A stretch of DNA of 56,923 nucleotides, counting the filler, from Porpidia crustulata (taxonomy: Eukaryota): assembly GCA_964255105.1 (NCBI GenBank). It is 5 parts of 5 records of this genome, joined end to end, with 100 filler letters (N's around TTAATTAATTAA, not from the genome) between each part and the next. Parts side by side here need not be neighbours in the genome. Positions count along the whole stretch, not along the records: positions 45,635 to 56,923 come from CAXUWE010000674.1; 4 more parts are not named here. One strand, 5' to 3'. Shown here piece by piece: positions 49,516 to 56,923 of the stretch. Both the position numbers and the translations under genes were made by a program. How positions within the stretch are numbered: the first letter of the stretch is position 1; each line of letters starts with the position of its first letter. A model generated the notes under the pieces. That model saw only the letters and a list, made by a program, of their open reading frames with translations. It searched no databases and had not been told where the DNA came from.

Positions 49516-51367
49516 TCAGGCTCCCTTCTGCCCACCACCACCTCCACCCAGGAAGCCTAAGACACCCGACTTCATCCCCTTCATTGCTTCCTCCTGGAAC
49601 TTCTTCTCCTCCTCTGCCATCTCTCTCAACCACTTCTCTCCGTTTTCTCGAATCTCCTTCTCGAGCATCTCATATCCCTTTTGACCCCTTTCGCGCACCT
49701 GATCCTGGTATGTCTTGCCCTGTGCGAATCCGTCCGAAAATGACTCCATGCCATCCGGCCCTGTGGGCTTGATACCCAAGGCACTTCCTAAAAATCCGAC
49801 CCCTGACCGCTTTGGTCGTTTGGCCTTCTCCTCAGCTAATTGCTGCTGGAAAAGTTCACGGGCAACTGCCTCTCTCGAGGCAAACTCCGTGGGAACATGT
49901 TTCCCTTCGAACGACTTCAGGACTTCGCGAACGTCTTTAAAGTCCATGCTTGGGATGTACTCTAGAAAAGGGATCAAAGATACAAGCTCCTTATCTTGAA
50001 GGTCGCCTTTCCATTTGGGAACAATAATTGCGTTCTCAGGCTGGAGCTTGGCGTGATGATTCACGGTGTCAACGAGGATGACTCTCTTCAGATCACGATT
50101 TAAGTATGAAAGATCCTAGAGCTCATTAGTGGATGACTGTTCTGCAGACAGGGGGCTTGCCACAAACCTTGATATACTCTCCATTTTTGTATAGCGTAGC
50201 CTCACGGAACAAAGGCCATCGAATAATTCTGTATGGATCTAATTTTCTTATAATGGGATCACCGATCATAGACGGGACACTGGTGAAGATAGCAATTTCG
50301 TAGTACTGGCTCAGGTATCGTAAGAAATAGTCCACTCCCGGTCTTTTAGCCATTCGCCAACCATGCTCGCGAGACCACTCGCTATGAACCAAGAGGTCTT
50401 CTAAGCTCAATACCAACGTGTATGGTGGATCAAGCGCTGGGTCTGACTTCGGTAGTAATTTCGGGAAAGCAGGTGCGTTGTAGTAGTCCAGGATATCCGC
50501 TGACCTTACGCAGGCACGGTTGTAGAACAACATCAAGCCCCATCCTGATGGTGCGTCTGGATGTTTCATCTCCTCTTCTGCAGTCTCCCAATTCCTGCCG
50601 AGATATATTGTCCCAACGACTGACAAGGCGAAGAAGCTCGCATACAACCAATTGCTCATCTTGTTCCGCCTCCTGTCCACTGAGGAAATGTAGGCACTTT
50701 TGGGTAGATTGTCTCCTCCGCGCCCTCCCTGTGATGGATCTTCGGTGACGTTGAGGCTTGCTGGGTCTGATTGTGCGGACGATGAAGCAGCGCCCAATTC
50801 GGAATCGAGTGTAGAGGGTATACCTTGGGTAAGGTCTGGCAAAGCACCTAGCTGCTCTTGATATTGCTCTTGTTTCTTTGCTTCTGCTGGATTTATGGCA
50901 GACGGGCTGGTAGATTGGGGAGCGGTATTGGCATTAGAGGATGAAGTGGTCTGAAACTCATCCTGAAGAGTCGAATAGTCTGGGTGAGAAAATGACTCCG
51001 AGGACGGCGGAACTGGAGGTGAATTGTGAGAATCTGGAGAGGATGGCTCGGTGTTTGCGTCCAACGTTGAATTGGGTTGAAATTCAGCCCGCTGCCGCGA
51101 GAAGTCCGGCTTCCCTGATCGATCGCTACTCTGTGACGATGAGGCGATAAAGGAAGCTCCTCCAGCTGCCAAAATTGGGGATTGCGATCTTTGTGTGTTT
51201 CTGACATGCGGAGCTGCTCCTGATTGCTGCGGAAGCGTCTTGTAGTCGTCTGGCCTCTTTGGTTTACTAGCTTTTGCATATAACCTCAAAGAATTATGTG
51301 GTAAAACGCGAGTGGGAAAATGTGCGCTACGCAACCGCAAAGAGCGGACGGCTACTCGAGCTAACAT
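49516..51367 (-). CDS. TIM50: Mitochondrial import inner membrane translocase subunit Tim50
   Basis: Arg-rich presequence, a TM segment and an FCP1-like domain (PYTLVLSLEDLLVHSEWSREHGWRMAKRPGVDYFLRYLSQYYE...IK|DLSYLNRDL...QPENAI). Intron 50116-50167. Confidence 0.95.
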
Positions 51368-51799
51368 CTTCCAAGATACCACAGGAGGGGGATCATAAGA
51401 GGCCTTATAGATCCATGGCTTGACTATCGATGCATCTAAATGGAATCATACAAACTTTTTGAATCCGGCTAGTAAATTCCGGCGCCGGATCAACCAAGCC
51501 CCGGTCGCCTCTACACCAAACGTCTCGTCGACTCGCCACCTATCCTCCGCCTCAAAGTTTTTACACCCAATTCAGAAATTTGACTCGATGCTTTCAACTC
51601 AATCTACGAGTATGGAGTTGAAGTAGTTGGGAAGACCAATGGCATCCATCCGCGCGTCAAGAACGGCAGCTAGGCTTCCAATGAGTTGTTTGTTCCGTTA
51701 GCACGGTACAATTTTTCACATTCTGTCCTCTATCCCTATTGAGCTGGAAATCTTAACCTCGGTGCCTTGCTTCGTTTGCAGACCTCATTCTAGTTGAAG

Positions 51800-52594
51800 A
51801 TGGTGGAGTCCTCCGAGGTACACGGGGCCCCGAAGATCTCGAGCTCCAATGCTGGACCATCAAGTCAACACTTCCGCTTTTTCAACCTGCCTTCTGAATT
51901 GCGGTTCAAAATATTGGGAATGGTCCTTCTGACAGACCGTACTATTGATTTGGATCCTCTCAATCACCGGAGCGCCTTACATCGTCTCAATGTCTTCCTC
52001 ACCTCGCGCCAATTCCACGAAGAAGCCTACCGGGTCTTCTATGGCGGTCAAACTTTTCGGATTCTCCCTACTCACGGGAGGTTCTTTGGAAACAAGATAG
52101 AGCCTCTCCTATCAAGACTATCCCCTCGATATCGAGCTACACTGGTATCTTTAGAGTTACGTCTCGGGCCTGGATGGAGTAAGCCCCCCAAGTCTTGGCG
52201 AATCACCGATCGTCTAGGACTCGAGGATGCCACTGCCGTTAGGACGCTGAAGGTCTTTGTAGAGGTTGACCCGTCAAGCGACATTTTCAAGGGGTTCCGT
52301 TTGGCAAAGGATTTCTTCACGGACTTTTCTGGATCTTTGCTTGAGGGAGTCATTGAGCGTCTAGGAAGCCTCGAACAGATTGAATTCGACGCCTATCCAT
52401 CAGTATCACGAGATGGAGCTTTGCTGCAGAGACTATTGCATGAAGTAAAAATAGCAAAGAAGAGAATCAAATGGAGTCCAAATCGTGAATGGGACACAAC
52501 CGTGGGAGGACTTACCAGCCACATGAAATGCCTGGGCTTGAATGACAATATGCTTATGATCCATGGTATGAGATACGATGATCATTCCGAATAG
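51800..52594 (+). CDS. Hypothetical protein with an F-box-like N-terminal motif
   Basis: FRFFNLPSELRFKIL motif, then EEAYRVFYG, LELRLGPGW and LKVFVEVDPS. Confidence 0.75.
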   Translation: MVESSEVHGAPKISSSNAGPSSQHFRFFNLPSELRFKILGMVLLTDRTIDLDPLNHRSALHRLNVFLTSRQFHEEAYRVFYGGQTFRILPTHGRFFGNKIEPLLSRLSPRYRATLVSLELRLGPGWSKPPKSWRITDRLGLEDATAVRTLKVFVEVDPSSDIFKGFRLAKDFFTDFSGSLLEGVIERLGSLEQIEFDAYPSVSRDGALLQRLLHEVKIAKKRIKWSPNREWDTTVGGLTSHMKCLGLNDNMLMIHGMRYDDHSE

Positions 52595-52689
52595 ATCAAT
52601 ATTATCATATTTACAAGGTTGTACGCCGGTGCTATGCTGAAAGGAAAATTGAATCTAAATTGACTGGAGAAACAACCGCTCTGGTAAAA

Positions 52690-53925
52690 TCAGAGCTCTT
52701 CGTCCATTTCCATTGCCCCATTTTGATGTCCATTCTCTCCGTTTGTTTTTGCGACAGAGGCTTCTTTGTCAATCATTTGCCTTGAGACTGAAACAATGTT
52801 GTCCTCTATGAGTTGTTGCCCAACATCCTCCATATCTAAGATAATATAAGTCAGCACATGGACTGTGCTCGGGATCAAAAATGACTCACGTTTCTTGGGA
52901 TCTACCTTGCCGACGTATCGAGTTTTCAGCTGATCCTTTGTAAGCTCCGTCTCCTCCTTTACACGTTTCTCGTAGCCCTCTGCTAAGCCAACCAGTCTCT
53001 TGAGCTTTTCTTGGTTCTTTCCTCCTTCGTCTCGGAAATCATCCATCTGAAGCGCCTCAGTCCAGACGTGCTTATGTAGATTCATAAGCATATTCTCCTC
53101 TAGCCCAGTCTTGCGGTAGTTGATTCCGATGCTGTAATAATGCCTATTTAGGCCATGAATGAGCGCTTGTATTGATGGCTTATTGAGATGACCGAGGTTA
53201 GACGTGGTTTGTCGTGGTTCGTGGCCCATCATCAGGGTTTGGGGGTTTATTAATCTAAAGGCATCGATGACCACCTTGCCTTTGACGGACTGTATCGGGT
53301 CCACAACAACCGCGACTGCGCGAGGAGTCAATTGCTCGAAGGACTGTTGCGTGTTTATATCGACAGATGAAAGCCAGCATCCGAAACCTGGATGCGAGTG
53401 GTACCATCCGACCACGGTCTCAGGCCTATCTTCTGTCAGCGTTGTCCACCAAACCTATTAATTCGACCAGCATATGCAAACCGGCCTGTCTGACGAAGCA
53501 TATCCATCATCTTAGTCTGGAATACTGGATCTACAGCCTCTACACTGACACCCGTTCCGCTTTGTGGCATGGCAAACACATCTACCACTCGTACGGTATA
53601 GTCGTCTACAAATTCTCCCAGCATAAGGCCCATAACTTCCATGGGTACACCAGCTCGTCCATGCCTTAGCATCTTGAGTAGAGCAAGAGAGGAGATGTAT
53701 ACAGTCTCGGAGTTATCGATTAGGTTGGAATCCTGGTTGAGATGTAATATCAGTATATGGAATATGCCTTCATTCATTTCACCATCTGCCATGACTTTGA
53801 GAAGATATCGCCCGATGGCGACTCAAAGCGATCAAGAACCGGATCGCGAGCTCACTTACTGCACCTGGGGGAGCTGAGTTTACACCCATGCCTCCGTTTT
53901 GGAACATTCTACTGAGCCGATCCAT
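52690..53925 (-). CDS. RPN11: 26S proteasome lid JAMM metalloprotease subunit Rpn11
   Basis: [31 protein letters not shown] and [18 protein letters not shown] (JAMM). Introns at 53733-53859, 53426-53481 and 52836-52889. Confidence 0.97.
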
Positions 53926-54318
53926 ACTGAGGTCTTAATAGTCTGCAAGTTATTGTAGAAGAGCGTAGTAGCTATAGTCGGGAACGTAGGACAAGTCTGT
54001 GGATGAGCACTCTTGAACTATGAATCTCACCCCGAATTATCACCGCCGAGCTCTAGTGCGCGTCTCGGGCTACCTATTCATTTTCGCGCTTAAGATTGGA
54101 GCTTGCAAGCCGCCTCTAAAGGGCTTATGTAAGTGATCGAGCTCGCGGAAGTTACCGACTGGCTACACACCTCTCACATCTCCATCATATAAGTATTCTG
54201 TGTTCGAGGTCCTCACTTTCTCTACTTTGCGGAAAACGGATAAGAGTTGCAAGGGCATTGCGGAGCCGACGATCTCATCAGTTGATGCTAGTACAGCCTC
54301 CTGAGCAACCTCTAAGCC

Positions 54319-56482
54319 ATGTCGTCCTTCGCTCCCCTTGACGTACCTCTCACCAATTCCAATGACAAGAAGCATGTGGCCTATTTCTACGACTCTGACG
54401 TGGGCAATTATGCCTACGTTGCTGGACATCCCATGAAACCGCACAGGATTCGAATGGCCCACAGCCTCATCATGAACTATGGTCTTTACAAAAAGATGGA
54501 GATATATGTAAGACTTGTAAAGGCCTATGCCGGGCCAAGCCCTTCTAATCCAACGCTCATTCTTGCGAATTTAAGCAAAGTCCTACCATACCTGTCTTCG
54601 CACTTCCTCTCACTGCAATACTCTGAAGTTTCTTTGCTAACGAACTATAGCGGGCCAAGCCTGCTACCAATTTAGAAATGACCCAATTCCACACGGACGA
54701 GTATGTTGACTTCTTGAAGAAGGTAACGCCAGACAACATGGAATCATACCACAAAGAACAAGCGCGCTTCAATGTTGGAGACGATTGCCCCGTGTTTGAC
54801 GGCCTCTTCGAGTTTTGTGGTATCAGCGCCGGTGGAAGCATGGAAGGCGCTGCGCGTCTTAATAGGGGCAAATGTGATGTCGCGGTCAACTGGGCTGGTG
54901 GCCTTCATCACGCCAAGAAAAGTGAAGCAAGTGGTTTCTGTTATATCAATGGCAAGGCACCTCCCAGTAAGCTTACTCACGTACTCATAAGTCTTCCTAG
55001 ATATTGTGCTTGGTATTCTCGAATTACTCCGATACAAGCAGCGTGTCCTTTACATCGATATTGATGTCCATCACGGTGATGGAGTTGAAGAGGCTTTCTA
55101 CACCACGGACCGAGTCATGACAGTCTCCTTTCACAAGTACGGTGAATATTTTCCCGGCACCGGCGAGCTTCGAGACATTGGCGTTGGGCAAGGCAAGAAT
55201 TATGCCGTAAATTTTCCCTTGCGCGACGGTATCGACGACAAATCATACAAAGGGATCTTTGAGCCGGTCATCAAGAGCGTAATGGAATATTATCGTCCGG
55301 AAGCAATTGTACTTCAATGTGGAGGAGACAGCTTGTCAGGCGACAGACTGGGATGCTTTAATCTAAGTATGGCCGGTCACGCCAACTGCGTCAACTTCGT
55401 TAAGGGCTTCAATCTTCCCGTTCTGGTCCTTGGTGGAGGTGGCTACACAATGCGAAACGTCTCCAGGACGTGGGCATACGAGACGGGTTTACTTGTCGGA
55501 CAAACCATGGGACCAGAGCTTCCGTACAATGATTATTACGAGGTCAATCCTTCTATCAGGGCAGAAAAATGCTTTGCTAATCTCTCACCAGTACTACGCC
55601 CCTGACTACGAATTAGATGTGCGTCCCTCCAATATGGATAACGCAAACTCGGAAGACTACCTCCAAAAGATCAAGTCTCAAGTAATTGAAAATCTCAAAC
55701 GCACCACCTTTGCTCCGTCCGTGCAAATGACCGATGTGCCTCGAGACCCAGAGGGCATGGATGATGAGGCTGATGCTATTCTTGATGATCTTGATGAAGA
55801 TGATAATCCTGATCTGAGGAATACGAAACGTCGCTGGGACAAATATGTGGAGAAGGATGGCGAGCTTAGCGAGAGCGAGGACGAAGACGAAAATGATAGA
55901 AATGGAGCTCGTCGCCAGCCTAACGGTCGGAAGCGTCGCAACATGATGGACTATCAGAATGACAATGCTGTTCCAGATGACGAAGAGATGATGATTGACG
56001 AAGATTCGCCAGCCCGCGGACGAAGTCGTAACGGAGACAGAAATGACGAGTCTAATGCGCCCAATGAAGACCTACATGGAAACGGTAATGGCAATGTATC
56101 GCCGCATAGCAGCACTCTCAATCAAGACCAGAGTCCAAGTTCTAGCCGCGCTTCTCCTGAGGGTTCCACCGCCCCGGATGAACCTGCTGCAGAGGATGGA
56201 GACATTGACATGATTGGCGATGTCGAAATACCTAGCATTCCTCCCGTCGTTCAAGCTTCGGCAGAAGGCCCACAAGAAGCAACACCGCCAGACTCCCCAC
56301 CCGCACCAGTGGCTGCCCCTGCTGCACCTGCTCAAGTTTCGGATACAGTACCAAGTGTCGCAGTGGCCAACGGCGATAATCCAGAAATCGCCCGAGAGGA
56401 GGGCAGAGAAGACCGAGATCTTGAAGACATCAACGCGGAGAATGCAACAGGAATCGCTGCGCGTTCCGAAGAGCAACTCTGA
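54319..56482 (+). CDS. RPD3: Class I histone deacetylase Rpd3
   Basis: [56 protein letters not shown] and GGGGYT motifs plus an acidic tail. Introns at 54508-54650, 54952-55000 (GC-AG) and 55543-55591. Confidence 0.97.
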
Positions 56483-56923
56483 TCTCTGGAATCGAATGCT
56501 CTTCATTATTGCATAGCGGGCACGGCGTACTGGAGTGTCCAATTGTTGTATCTAGGTAAAGTGAATTGCAAAAATTGGTTTTGCGTTCCAAGATACCCAT
56601 CGGGTTTGGTTGTTAAGGAGTAAGGGGAACCCTCAGTAGTCATAGGACCCACTACGGGTATCAAGGCTTTTCGTATCTACTCTTGGCGTTCGCATTTGAG
56701 AATGGAGAAACTCCATTGAGGTAATTGGCAAGGCACAAATTTAAGCGTGCATCATCCACCTCTGATCTCCTCATCTCAACATCCCAGCATTTCACAACCA
56801 GCATTCGCACCCAAGCCCACAATCCAGTCACCCTTGATCCCACAAACCATTTCCCCCCCATCCCTCAAATTCCAGATATCGCAAGAAACCGCACTTTTCC
56901 CAAGTTGCGCCCATGTCCCGCAC

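Noticed and set aside
50380..50425. Tim50 lacks the DxDxT phosphatase motif (LSLEDLL)
   Set aside because: This is normal for fungal Tim50.
53926..54318. Short divergent RPN11/RPD3 promoter and a possible Rpn4 (PACE) site
   Set aside because: Head-to-head housekeeping genes are ordinary in compact fungal genomes, and no exact GGTGGCAAA-type site is seen.

Overview
This is intron-containing genomic DNA from a filamentous ascomycete (Pezizomycotina); finer taxonomy cannot be assigned from the sequence. It is not one locus. Four 100-nt N-linkers with a central TTAATTAATTAA join five contigs of strictly descending length (11321, 11311, 11304, 11298, 11289 bp), so adjacency across linkers carries no biological meaning. 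Contig 1 holds PAN1 (partial), RPB11, a nitronate monooxygenase, a 92-bp foldback MITE carrying telomeric repeats, and a long DEDDy 3'-5' exonuclease (partial). Contig 2 is gene-poor and accessory-like, with one apparently intact SprT-like HExxH protein, a 74-bp tandem duplication and decayed ORFs. Contig 3 holds a GH17 glucanase (partial), a Gly/Gln-rich protein, a SAM methyltransferase, an MFS hexose transporter and a Dal81/TamA-like Zn2Cys6 factor (partial). Contig 4 holds a coiled-coil ORF, a YTH-domain protein, a 479-bp TIR element with an 8-bp TSD, a hypothetical protein and Dsc2 (partial). Contig 5 holds an F-box/beta-propeller protein (partial), TIM50, an F-box-like ORF, RPN11 and RPD3. 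The most unusual signals are the near-total loss of CC/GG dinucleotides inside the TIR element (a possible non-canonical RIP-like signature), the telomere-motif MITE, and the accessory contig 2. All gene calls come from motif recognition and manual splice reconstruction, not database searches.
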